From Eledone cirrhosa (lineage: Eukaryota): 64,000 bases of DNA. Below the pieces are notes generated by a model. The model saw only the letters and a program-made list of their open reading frames with translations. It did no database searches and was not told where the DNA came from. Location: positions 61,194,001 through 61,258,000 of the forward strand of contig OZ024742.1 of the NCBI GenBank assembly GCA_964016885.1, read 5' to 3'. Both the position numbers and the translations under genes were made by a program. Below, piece by piece: positions 41,331-60,344 of the stretch. Within the stretch, counting starts at the first letter, position 1, and every line of letters starts with the position of its first letter.

Positions 41331-43657
41331 TGAGAGACCTGATTGTTTGATATAATTTCGGTTTATTCAACTTCCTATCATATTTTCTCTTTGTTCTCTT
41401 GTTTTTTTCTTTCTCACCTATTTTCTCGCTCCCTAACATTTTCTTTCTCTATTTCTACTTGTCGTTATTTGGACTGCTGTTAATGTGTCTTTTTGTTGGT
41501 GGCTTTGTGTCTTTTGTCGTTGTGGTTGGCCTGTGAGTTGTTTTGGATGCTGTTTGAGCTACGGTTGTTTGTTCGTGCTGGCTTATGTTGTCTGAGGCTC
41601 GGTTCACTCTCTTCTTTCCTCTCATGCATATAAATTCCTGAAATATTAGCCTTACAACGCAATTTCCTTTCTACAACATGCAATCATGTAAAAAAGAACG
41701 AACATTTTGGATAAATATAGGTAAATTTTAAAACTGACTATTCATTGCTGGAATAATTTTCTCAGATATAATTGTACATGGAGAAGGTGGGCTAAAGAAC
41801 AATGATAACAAAGACAATTAGAAATGGGTATCCTAAATATTGTAACAATGGATAAACAGTAATTTATATTTTCAGAAGCTAATAACAAGAGGAAGGCCAA
41901 ATTATTTTATCTCTAATCTTCGCTCAACAATTGGTGTGATTGCAATCAGATCAAGCTGAAGATTATGAACATTTTCTGCGTTGATGTGTCTGTAGTTTAG
42001 TTCGTCTAATTCTAGAACAGAATTAGTAAGACCACACATGTTAATGGCTCTCTTCAATAATATTTTATCTGTTCTTTGACAGAGAAATAACTGTACAATT
42101 ATGAATTTCTCACGTACGCAGCTAGGCAATAATGTCTTCAACTATGGAACATCCTGAAGTCAATGATACAGGTTTTGAAATTATATTGAATGTACTAAAC
42201 CGATTGATTACTAAAATTCGTTAATGATTTCATTTTCTGATGATTAGTAAATATCACGCGTTAATCACGGCTTGCAGCTTATACAACTTATATAGATATT
42301 CATGGTTTTCTTCTTTTTTTTTCTACAATTACACTTTTAAAACAGCGATTCAAAATGTTGACGTTAATGCTCATTTGGTGGGGCTGAAAGTCTCACAAGA
42401 AGTAATGGAATGCACAAGGTGAGGGCAGAAGTGTCGTTGGAAGGAAGTGATTGCTGGGGGTAATGACAAGGAATACAATTTAGTTTTTGCTAATAAAACT
42501 GCTACTTTGTTTATTCAAAATGAGCTGAAATAAAATTTATTTCAAAGATTAATAAAATATACTCCATAATGTGCAATTTGGGGTCCAACTTTATAGGGAG
42601 CTGATGAAATATGTTCTCTATAAATTTAATTTTCAATGAATAATTTTACATTACTTTACAATGCGTAAAGTGGGAGCGCTGTTGGAATATATTCTCAGAA
42701 AGGGTTGTATTTTATCTAAACTCGTATAGAAAACCATGCTTTAAATAACCACCTGTTTTTATTTTTGCTGGTAGTTTATTATTTCATTCGTAAAAATATT
42801 ATAGTAATGAAGCATGCTTAAAAAAATAATTCAAACGAAATTATTGCCTTTCTAAATATGTTCGACATTGCATTTATTTAGATGTCCAGTCCAGTAAAAT
42901 GTGTGATAGCGTCGCGAGGAAGACTACGCTGTAAGTGTTATTGAAACCACAAAGGTAATTTATTCCGCATTTATTCATCTACAAAGATTAAATGTAATAC
43001 GTAGGATCTTATTTTATTTCCCACTAATTCTCATTTGGAGCAGCAATACCAATAATTTTCTCTCTATGTTGTTCCAAAATATCGCCAACTCTATTTGTAT
43101 TTCGTCTATGTAATAGCGTTCTAAAATCAACATTAGAATTACACAGACTAAGCACATATATCTCTCTCACTCTCTTGCTCAACGACGTGTGCCATTTTAT
43201 TTTCTAGATGCTTTTGTTGAAATTTTGCTTAATGTTATTTTTTATATTATATTTGTTACCTAAATCTGGTGGTATTTGACACGATGTTCCGAGGATTAGG
43301 ACCTACATTAAAATCTTACAGCTATTGATCATTCAATATAAGCATAAAGACTGTCTGTTTCATGGAAAACTATTGGATTCAACTGTCTTTTATACATTTT
43401 TGTAATTGAAGTACGTAATGTATTTCCACCAAAGTAATTATAAGAGATAAGCAATCATAGTATAATTACTATTGGAAAATAATAAAATGGTGTGTTTAGT
43501 AAACAGAAATTAAGTGCAGTGCAACAATATGTAATCCTGCAAAGTTCTGAGAGGCGAGGAATAAATGATAAAATGAAAGAATCAGGAATGGAGTGATTGT
43601 AGACACAGTGTCCATACAGATAACTGTATCAAAACATTATCATTATTGAAGTATTAT

Positions 43658-44100
43658 AAAGGCAGTTACTTGGTAATACCGGTAGACCGTCGAACAACAT
43701 GCTCTGCGGCCTATAATAACATCCCTTTAAATTCTGAGTTCAAATCCTGCTGATGTCAACTTTGCCTTTCATCCTTCTGGGGAGGGAATCGATAAAAACG
43801 TGCCAATAACGCACTGGGGTTGACTTATTCGACTTTCCACTTCTCGCCAAATTGCTGGCCCAGTACCAAAATTGCAAAGAATTATTAAAGTATTAAAAGT
43901 GGTGTACGGTATCGGTAGAACGTCGGACAACATGCTTTGCGGTATATAGTTTCATTTGGTTTCGTTCTGAATTGAAAACCCACCGAGGCTAAATTTGCAC
44001 TTCATCATTCCGGGGTCGATAAAATAAAATACCAGCAACGCACTAGGATCGGTTTAATCGACTTACACCTTCACATGAAATTGCAGACTTTGTGCCAAAT
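43658..44100 (+). mobile_element. Two tandem Nin-domain tRNA SINEs
   Basis: Two head-to-tail homologs of 16150-16340. Confidence 0.8.
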
Positions 44101-44305
44101 AATTATCCCCACATAAGCTAACAGTTAATGAAAACATGTTATTAGTTTAAGGCTCCGTGTATTTCTACTCTCGGGGCAGTTAGTATGGTTTGGCATTCTG
44201 GTAACAGGCCGGGTACATGTATATAGTTTTGGGAGAAATTCACTGAAGTTGTTCATTTGTTAACAACCTTTATTGTACTGAAAAATGGCGCATTATGTAT
44301 TCTGA

Positions 44306-44640
44306 GTGAAGGCGCCTGGCTTAGTGGTTAGAGAGTTGGGCTGGCAATTGAGAGGTTGTGAGTTCAATTCTCGGCCCGGGTGAAACGTTGTGTCCTTGAG
44401 CAAGACATTTTATTTCAGGTTACTCCAGTTCACTCAGCTATAGAAATGAGTTACGACGTCATTGATGCCAAGCTGTATCAGCCATTGCCTTTCTGTTAGA
44501 CAACATTGGTGGTGTGGAGAGGGAGACTGGTTTTCATGGGTGAGTGCTGGTCTTCCACAAACAAATATTACCCACATTTGTGTCCCGGATAGAAACATTC
44601 TAGGTGCAAAATTGTGACCTTTAGTGACCGATGGGGGCCC
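44306..44640 (+). mobile_element. tRNA-derived SINE (Meta-domain type)
   Basis: TGGCTTAGTGGTTAG A-box, GAGTTCAATTC B-box, GTGTCCTTGAGCAAGACA..CACTCAGCT..AAATGAGT. Confidence 0.8.
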
Positions 44641-44792
44641 TTAAATTTATTCTGAACGTCGTTGGTGTATACATAGGTTTCTTAAACATTTGGTTTCGTT
44701 CCTACTGCGCAGCACATTGATCAAATGTCTTCTACAATAAGTAGTTAAATTGATATTTAATTATGAGGAAGCGGGTCTAAGAACGTAGATAC

Positions 44793-44837
<45 letters not shown>

Positions 44838-44839
<2 letters not shown>

Positions 44840-44964
44840 CGAAGGAGTTGTGTTAAAGAACCAGATGGACCATAACGCACCAGAGTACTCAATACTAATT
44901 TACTAATTTAGTCCAGAAACAACCGCCGAAACGGCTTGAGCTCTGCCGTCGGGGTCGTACTTTT

Positions 44965-44966
<2 letters not shown>
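44838..44966. repeat. Repeat family F fragment (two pieces in inverted arrangement) in (TA)n
   Basis: Homologous to 59933-60084, 59333-59400, 62426-62558, 63789-63814 and 63872-63930. Confidence 0.75.
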
Positions 44967-45010
<44 letters not shown>

Positions 45011-45066
45011 GACCTTGTATTGTGTACATTATCACTTTGGTGTTATACACGGACATTACTGTAATT

Positions 45067-45124
<58 letters not shown>

Positions 45125-45425
45125 CGGAGCCGAATATATCAAAGGTATATATTGAGTTAGAAACTCAAAACAGTCTCTTACAATAAATTAGTAAATTAAC
45201 TCCAGGAAAGAGATTTTTTCGAGCCGTATAATATTCCGAGCCGTATAATATACTTTCTTGATTTATTCTTAAATTGAGTCTGGCAAACCCTATTGTGTAT
45301 AGTTAGTATTCTTTTCACCTTAGCGAATCTGGTCCCTTGCGGTTTGAACACATATATGTATATGTCTGTGTTCGTTTTTCTTTTATATATATATATATAT
45401 ATATAACTGAACAAAAAAGAAAAAC

Positions 45426-45461
<36 letters not shown>

Positions 45462-45480
45462 CTGAACAAAAAAGAAAAAC

Positions 45481-45551
<71 letters not shown>

Positions 45552-47244
45552 TAGTGTATATATATAGCCGAGGTAGGTATTCGATTACTATAGCTTCATG
45601 ATAGTATACACACTTTTGGTGACAACGATCTTCACTAGTCTTTGTCATAGTTGACAGTTAATGTATGACATGATATTAAGCGGCACCACTACATTATTTA
45701 TTTCACGTGAAAATTCTCAGTTTTGTTTGTAATTCAATAGTAGCGCTGTCTTTCTGTTCATTGTAAATGTGCTGTAGCTTATGATGTAATATTCCTCTCA
45801 AATACATTCTACCTGTTTAGTAGTTGCAGGCAATTTTTCATTTGACGCAATCATAAGCCAATTCCGATTCAAATGAAATAAGTATATACGTTTTCTTTTT
45901 TTATTTCATCCAGAATAATATTTTAAAGAGCAATCAATATGTTTTCTAATTTAGAGATAAGGCCAACAATTTTATTGTTAAGAGGACTTTATTTTATCGG
46001 CCCTGTAGAAATGCAAATCTAACATCGGTGGCCTTTGAACGCAGAACGTAAACAGCTGTAACTATATGTCGCAAAAACATGTTTTCGATGCTCTTCCGCT
46101 ACTAACAATCCACGGTCCTTGGAGAACAATTAATAAACTACCAGTACCCGAGTGAGGAAGAGTCATTCTTGCTTAGACTTTGGTCAGATCTGTTCTAACA
46201 GACACGGATATTTACCACATCCTGTGGCCTTTGTGTTAGTACGTCTGGATACTTGTCCAATATATCCTAGGACGGTGGTGTGTAATTTGGTGTGGTATTT
46301 CTGACACCGATATCCATTATTTGGAGGCTATTGCAAAACTATTAGATTAAAACAAACATTAATATACCACCGGTAATCAAGTAAACTATTACATTTTCAT
46401 AGTCCGGCTGTCAGTCACTTAACAAGCAATGACATATTAATCTTAGTGTATGAAGAGTGAATGAACAAAAAACAATGTCTGTTAACTCGAACGAATAACT
46501 TTCATGTCACCAGCTATCCGTCAATCCTACAAATGGTAGTATAGTGTTGTTTTTCCTCTGATATAAATGATGAAGGTAGAATCCCTTGATCACCTAAGAT
46601 GGTTCAATCAGTCTTTGTTAATATTATCATCATCTCTTTTAAACCCTTACTTTTATTGTGACCATAGAGACCGGGCGAGAGAAATTCCTTGATAAGTACG
46701 AGGACTAAGGTTATCATTATCTCATCTTCACTTTGTCAGAATCGACTGACGCCTGTCGTTTATTTATGTGGGTAATATGTTGATATTTCCGTAAATACAT
46801 TGTCCTCCCACGTTAGAAACCATTTAGATACTTGTTCAGTGTTATTCAAAAGTTGGTAGAGTTCATATTAACCTGTTTATATAATGTGTATGTAATAACA
46901 GTCACCGATAACGATGGATATATTACTAGCGTATCATGTAATATTAATAAAAGCTTATTTATTTTTCATTCATTCTATAGATAATTTGTCTTCGAGACAG
47001 ATTTCTTAAGATAATTTTTTAACAAAGATCATGTTATTAAATTATCACTCATGAACTGCAGGCGAAGTTATATATACACCGACATTATTCTATGAAATAT
47101 GAAACAAAACATGATTTACATAATCTACATACTTCTGTCTTTACCACGTTACTTTGTATTTTTTTCTAATTTAAAATGTTGATTTCATTTTACATCTTTT
47201 ATCTTTTCTCCTGGTTCATTTTCTTGTTCTTCGTCATCAACATA

Positions 47245-47382
47245 TGCTACTACTACTACTGCAGCTACTACTACTACTACTACTACTATTATTGTTACTA
47301 CTACTACTGCTGCTGCTGTTACTACTACTACTACTACTACTACTACAACTACTACAACTACTACTACTACTATAATATTATT
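47245..47382. repeat. (TAC)n microsatellite
   Basis: Directly visible. Confidence 0.95.
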
Positions 47383-47585
47383 ATTCCTAATTTAGGCTCA
47401 AAGCCATTAAATTTTGGGGAAAGTCAAAGTTGGATAAATCAGTCCCAATACTTGAAAGGTAGTTTATTTTATCGACCCTTAATCCCATTTTCAATTACGA
47501 TTATCCATAGTTCCTTTCCAGACCATATAAATTGCTGGCATTTTGCCTATATCAGAACCATTATTATTATTAGCATTATTATTAT

Positions 47586-48805
47586 GAGGGTGGTAGATTA
47601 GCAGTATCGGTAGAGCATCGGACAGCATGTTTTATGGCATTGAGTTACGTTCGTTTACGTTCTGAGTTCAAATCCCGCCGTGGTGCACTTTGCCTTTTAT
47701 CCTTATGAGGTCGATAAAATAAGGTCTCAGCAACGCACTTGGGTTGATTTAATCGACTTTCCCCTCCCCCAAATTGCTGGCCTTGTGCCTAAATCAGAAA
47801 ACATTATTATGGGGGCAGTAGATTGGCAGTATTGGCCGAGCGTCGGACATGTTTTGAAACATATGGTTACGGCCCTTTACGGCTCTCTGCACTCTGATTT
47901 CAAATCCCACCAATGCCAAATTTGCCTTTCATACTTACTTCAATGTCAAATTTGCCTTTCATTCTCGTGGGTGGAACATCTATGATCATAAACTTGTTCA
48001 ATCAGTATTGACATAAGACTAAAGAGCACCACCTTTAACATCACCAACAACAGCATGAAAGTGTCGATAAAAATAAAGTACCAGTAACGCAATGGAGTCG
48101 ATTCAATCGACATTTCCTTTTCCTTTCAATAGCTGACTTTGTGTCAAATGTAGAAGCAATTATCATGGTTAATATCGATGTTGTTGCTATAATTAATTAT
48201 TATGGTTAATATTGATGTTGTTGCAATAATTCATGATACAGGCTGCTCGGTAAATGAAACTAACAGTCATGGCCTCAGGTCGTTATTATCAACTTTCACC
48301 TCCCACCAAAAGAAAAAATTGGTAGCGTTGTGGCAATGTTGAAAACCATTATTATTATTATCACGGAGGGGGGTGGATTGGCAGTATCGGTAGAAGGCCA
48401 GACGCCATGCTTTGCAGCATAGAGTTCCGGTCCTTTACGGTCTAAGTTCAAATCCCGCCGTGGTTAACTTTTCCTTTCATCCTTACGGGGTCGATAAAAT
48501 AAAGCACCAGTAACGTACAGGGGGTCAATTTAATCGACTCCCCCCTCCCTTGTGCCTATACTAGAAACCATTTTTATTATTATTTCTGTTCGGGGTGTTA
48601 GATTGGCAGAATCGGGGAAATGCTTGAAGTAATTTGATCCGGTAGTTTACGATCAGAGTTCAAATCTCACCGAGGTCAACGGTGCTATTCATCCTTCTTG
48701 GATCAATAAAGTAAAGTGCCAGTTAAGTAGTGATGCCAATATAATCGACTTTCTTCTTCCTACCCTCATATTGCTTACCTTGTGCCTAAATTAGATACTA
48801 TTACT
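47586..48805 (+). mobile_element. Cluster of four co-oriented Nin-domain SINEs
   Basis: Copies start at about 47586, 47809, 48364 and 48590, each after an (ATT)n tract. Confidence 0.8.
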
Positions 48806-50569
48806 ATTACAGCTAATGTTGATAGTCTTGCATTAATTTTTATTTGTTCGTTTGTAGCAATTGACTTTAACAAGTCAGAAACTTTTGCTAAATATCCTTC
48901 TGGGATTTCTATGTATTATTTGACAAATCCATAAATCATTTCAATATAATATCCCAAAACAAACTTAATTTTGACAAGCAAATAATTCAATTTAATTAGG
49001 CAGAAATTAAAGAGAAAACGATAACTCTAATATATAGATAACGATGTTTACAATGAACTGTCAATATATCTCTTAAGATCGATCATCTGATCGTCAGACA
49101 GAAAACCGTTAGAAAATTTTATTCAGAGAGGTTTTTCTTCTTATTTTCTTATTTTACTTTCTGTCTTCGCTGAAATAAGCGAGGTGGCGACCTGGCAGAG
49201 TCAATAAAACGATATTTATTCTGGCTCTCTGTTCTCAGATTTCAAATCCAGCTGACCTCACCTTTGCTTCATATTCTTATATTCTTTCAGGGATTACTAA
49301 ACAGAAATACCATACGATGTGCGCTTTGTTTCTTAGCGTTCTGCGTTCAAATCCCACTGTGGCCTATTTTGGTTAGATTTACTTTGTCGTCCCCGATTTA
49401 TCTTGGGTGACTTTAGCGGAGTCCACTCTATTATAAACATTAAAACGGGATATCTGAAATAAGAATACTTTCCTTCCATCCATCTCTAACTAATCGTTGA
49501 TCATACGTGTTTTCTATCGCTGACTACCTGAGCCTAAACAACAAATAATTGAGTCATTGAGAGGGCATCTGCCCGTATATTGTAACAGTGACATCTTCCA
49601 GCGAAATTATTGATTTTGAAAATGAAAGTTATATTCGGAAATGTAGTTATTGATGAAAATTAAATAAGTACACGACTCGAACGTCTAGCATAAATTGTCT
49701 CTATCAAGGTTGGGAAGAAGCCTATGAGTTGTTGCTTAAACTGCTAGCGCAGCAATCAATTCTCGCATATCACTCCCTGGTTGTCTTGGAAAGGGAAGGA
49801 ACGCATTGGATAATGTATTTATAGATTTTTACTATTTAGTCAGTGAGAAGCTGTCTCCATGACTCTTTTCAGTCCCTCCGAGTGTGGTGAGGAATGTAAT
49901 CTTCAACCCGGTGAGAGAGGGGACTTTGCTAAATACCAGTTCGGTAAACAATGTCCAGTTGTATTCTAACTCAAGTGGAAGAAGAACCGGAACAAATACT
50001 GCAAGTTATGAAGTTCTAGCTGTTCCTGCCAATGTATTTTACAAATAATGGCAACCTGACAGCCGAAATGTTGAAAAGCATTGGTTCTCTCTACGGCATT
50101 TGAACTCGGAGTGCAAAGATCAGAAACAATTGCCACAACGCATCCTAACATAAGCTCTACAGACTGCTAATTTTCCGCCTAAACTAAAAAGATGCGATGG
50201 CTATAGCTGGAATCATTTGATTATAAGACTGTTCGATAACTTACCTGAGACAAAAATAACAAACATCTTACTATTAGTCAGATAATATATTGTATTCTTT
50301 AACAATAGATAATATATAAAGATGGAAGACATAAAACGTAGATTTTGATGTATGTAAACTTTTTATTTTATTAAATTAAAACACAATTCTCACGAAATGT
50401 GGACATCATGGAGGGAAAATCTACAAACGAACTGTCACGAATAACGTAATCTTAAAATAGCCGTTGTTTCGTAGTCGACGTGTTAGAAATACTTCTAACC
50501 AACCCGATTTTTGTTTCCGAGTTTTTTTCTTTGTGACATCATACTTGTGAATAAATGTATATTCTTGAC

Positions 50570-50860
50570 ATATTGGCAGAAGTATTTCAGAGTCGGGAGA
50601 AATGCGTTGCTGTATTCGTTCTGTATATCTGAGTTTAAATTCCAGCCGTGGTCAATTTTGCTTTTTATCATTTCTGGATCGAAAGAAATATTACAAGTAC
50701 CGCCGCGGTGAATTGACGAAATTGTTAGAATGTCAGACATGATGCCTTAGGATATGTGTCCGTTTTTGTTTTGTTTTTTTGTTTTGTTTTCGCTTTGTGC
50801 TTAAATTCATCCATGTGGTATCATTCATTTGCCATCCGGTTTGCTACTACTATTCGACCC
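50570..50860 (+). mobile_element. Two degenerate tandem Nin-domain SINEs
   Basis: TTGGCAGAA..TCTGAGTTTAAATTCCAGCCGTGGTCAATTTTGC followed by a second head. Confidence 0.55.
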
Positions 50861-51659
50861 TTGGTTGTTCTGATACAACATTCGGGGAATATCTTCAGTG
50901 AGGAGGTAAATTGCCTCCCAACAATCATGAAGGGTCTGTCCATGATTATGAACGCTCATACAATTAGAGTTATTATATTTGTTTCTATTGCTGAGGAAAA
51001 GGAGTGAATAATAGAAAGTGTAGTCGTATATATTCAAACAGACAGGATTCTCGTGGTGGAACATCTATGATCATAAACTTGTTCAATCAGTATTGACATA
51101 AGACTAAAGAGCACCACCTTTAACATCACCAACAACAGCAGGAAAGTGTCAGATAATTTAACACAACGTGACTGACAGCGGTGCTGTTATGTCACAGCAG
51201 CCACATTTAAATTTAAAAACTGATGTGATGCTCAAGGGTGGAGTCTTTTTGATCACAAATTATGCTGAATCAAGACTGACCTCTGGCTAAACAACACCAC
51301 TATCAACAACAATTATATATATATATATATATACATGCCAGAGAAATTGAGACTTATAAACGTAACTGACAAGAGTGCACTGATGATATCACGGCAGCCA
51401 TTTTAGTTTAACGTTATCAGCTGATATATTTTGTATCGTTAAATCATTATTAATTGCTATGTGCTGACCCACATTACTTCAAAGACATCGATAACGCTAT
51501 CAGTGATTTCCCTGATCAGCAAACACTACTTTAATTCTTTCCTGCCAATTGGAAATCAATTAGTAAATAGCTGTAAATTTAAATGTTAACACTTCTTTTT
51601 AACGGGAGATAATATTCTTGTTGGTGTTATTGTTATTGTTGTCGATGATGGTGTTATTT

Positions 51660-51752
51660 TTGTTGTTGTTGTTGTTGTTCTTCTTCTTCTTCTTCTTCTT
51701 CTTCTTCTTCTTCTTCTTCTTCTTCTTCTTCTTCTTCTTCTTCTTCTTCTTC
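51660..51752. repeat. (TTG)n/(TTC)n microsatellite
   Basis: Directly visible; a second (TTC)n lies at 61767-61835. Confidence 0.95.
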
Positions 51753-51964
51753 ACGCTGATATGATGTAGAGCTCAGGGCCAGTCATGATCCAACAGATGG
51801 ATTACCGTTGTTATTGTTGTCCTTTCCGACATAGTATACTTTATTTGTTAAGACAGGTAATTGTGATTATAGACAATTAACACAGCAAGCATTTCTAGAT
51901 TGTTGATGATTCATATAATCAGTTGATCTTGACCTATAAATTTAGAATATAGACTAACACATAA

Positions 51965-56530
<4,566 letters not shown>

Positions 56531-57051
56531 TTATTTTAACATGTCTATTGAGCACTCTTATTCGATATGTGAATTTCCACATTTTCCCGAATATTTTTTG
56601 CGAATATAGAGGTTATCTCTCTTGCTGAATTCCATGTGCGTTTTTTCAACTTGGGTTGTGCCTTTTTATTCGTTCGACAAAAGCTCGTTGAGAAAGTAAT
56701 TCCTGTCCGCTGCTTTCTAGACGTCTTATATATTTTTATGTGGGCTGATAGAGGGCGTTTTAAGGATTTACAGAAACCCAAGAAGCTAGATTTACCATCT
56801 TTCTAGCGGGTCGGGTAAGCTTTTTACATTCATTTGATTTATTGATTTATTGATATTCTATCTGAGTGACCCGAATCTTCCAGATCGTAATTTTTCGGTC
56901 GTATGGTTGATTTTAGACATGTTCTATGTGTGTCGGTATTTTAAACGATAGTTATAGCTCTGATTTATCTGAATTATTGAGCCCTCTGCCGCTCATTCGA
57001 ATTTTGTTTATCGTGAATTCGTGCGCCGATTTTTCGATACTCGATTATTCT

Positions 57052-58445
<1,394 letters not shown>

Positions 58446-58881
58446 AACGATAAATTGAAACATTTTGTTTCAATTTATCGTTTTCGGTATGCCTGACCGA
58501 TTTAACTCACTCAATATGCAAATTAGGCTGCTCAGCCGTTAATTTTCATAAGGAAAGTATATACTTTCGAACGTTCAACTATCTGGCAGATGGGTAAACG
58601 GTGCTGATGATAGCTAACAAGCTTGAAACTAGTACATCGTTCCTGTGTCAGTGTTGAACAAAAAGGTGACGTGGTTGCCTTAACACCGTATGGCATAAAT
58701 TCAGGCTGTTCAGTTTGTTTACAAACGAACAAAGCGACGTTATAATAAGCGCCGTAAACTGATACGTGCATATATGTATGTGTACCTGTATGCATATGTA
58801 TATATATATGTATATATATATATGTGCATGCTACTGTACGTCTGTATACATATATGTATGTACGTATACATGCACACTTAC

Positions 58882-58882
<1 letters not shown>
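58446..58882 (+). mobile_element. Diverged monomer of HHR family B
   Basis: Shares the ATGCAAATTAG..TAATTTTCATA hairpin, the GG.AGAT.GGTAAA leader and the HHR with 17180-17989; 3' half matches 10275-10558; (TA)n on both sides. Confidence 0.8.
58597..58641 (+). ncRNA. Minimal type I hammerhead ribozyme (family B)
   Basis: aacggtg CTGATGA t-agct-aaca-agct-t GAAA ctag TA catcgtt. Confidence 0.9.
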
Positions 58883-58940
<58 letters not shown>

Positions 58941-58945
<5 letters not shown>

Positions 58946-59141
58946 ACAGAGAGAAAGAGACGATTATTAGGATGAAAAAAAATGTTTTTTTGCCTTTTTA
59001 TTTATTTCTCTCTTTTTTTCTGTATTAGAAAATGATTAAAAAGAAATATTTTGCTTTGTGTGAAGTGTTAAGGTATTACTTGATTTAGTTTTTATTTAAC
59101 AATGGCATTTATTTATATATTTAATAATTGTCTATACCGGT
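58941..59141 (-). repeat. Interspersed repeat family A
   Basis: Reverse-complement homolog of 3461-3668. Confidence 0.75.
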
Positions 59142-59195
59142 TATATATATATCTTAACTCGTGTGCTTCCTCTCCACATTTTATTATATATATAC

Positions 59196-59268
<73 letters not shown>

Positions 59269-59932
59269 TATATAATGTATGTATGTATGTATGTATGTAT
59301 GTATATATATATATGTATGTATATATATATATAGGAACAAGTAGGACCCCGACGGCTGAGCTCAAGCTGTTTCGACGGCTAATTCTGTACTAAGTGAAAC
59401 TTTTTATCCTGGTAAATGAATAGCCGAATTTCTCAGGGGGTAATTCCATATATGGTAAAAATGATTGTCACAAGGATTGGTAAAAAGTTTGTTGTTGTGA
59501 CACATGATTCTATGATGGCATTTTGTGGAAGGTAGGGGTAGCAGAACTTGCCAGTATAAGAAAGAGGGTGACGGAGTGGAGGAAACCTAGTCAAACGTTG
59601 AAAGTGACAACTACAGCAGATTTTAAGGATAGAAGGTCGAAAAAAGTATACTAGAGAAGGGGAGGGGGAGGAAGTTGAATCAATAAGTAAATCTATATGG
59701 AGTAAATATAAAGAAAATATAAAAAAATATAAAAAATATAAAAAAAACAATCTCTGGTAACTAGTCCCCTTCCACAATCATCAAATCTCTCACTGGTACT
59801 GCTAACCTATAGAAATGTTTAATAGGTGGGACGGAATATGTATGTATATATATATATATATGTATGTATATATATATATACATATATATAAATATACATA
59901 TATATATATATATATTATATATATATATATAT

Positions 59933-60084
59933 AACGAAGGAAATGTGGTAAGGAACCAGGTGGACCATAACGCACCAGAGTACTCAATACTTGGGGTAGT
60001 AGAGTGGGTAATAGGAACCAGTAAGACCCCGACAGCTGAGCTCAAGCCGTTTCGACGGCTAATTCTGGACTGAATTAGCCGTCC
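59933..60084 (-). repeat. Repeat family F (probable PLE pLTR 3' end) between (TA)n tracts
   Basis: Minus strand: 12-bp hairpin gacggctaattc/gaattagccgtc, then GAAACGG, then a tail with GTATTGAGTAC. Confidence 0.7.
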
Positions 60085-60095
60085 ATATATATATG

Positions 60096-60344
<249 letters not shown>

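Noticed and set aside
41875-43415. Plus-strand segments with acceptor- or donor-like ends (41876, 42882-42930, 43208-43410; also 16601 and 24436) and minus-strand ORF 41902-42141
   Set aside because: In-frame stops and no recognisable protein family; a host gene or pseudogene cannot be supported without a homology search
45580-45645. Minus-strand GTGAAGA..GAAG ctatag TA
   Set aside because: Two core changes and no convincing stems I or II
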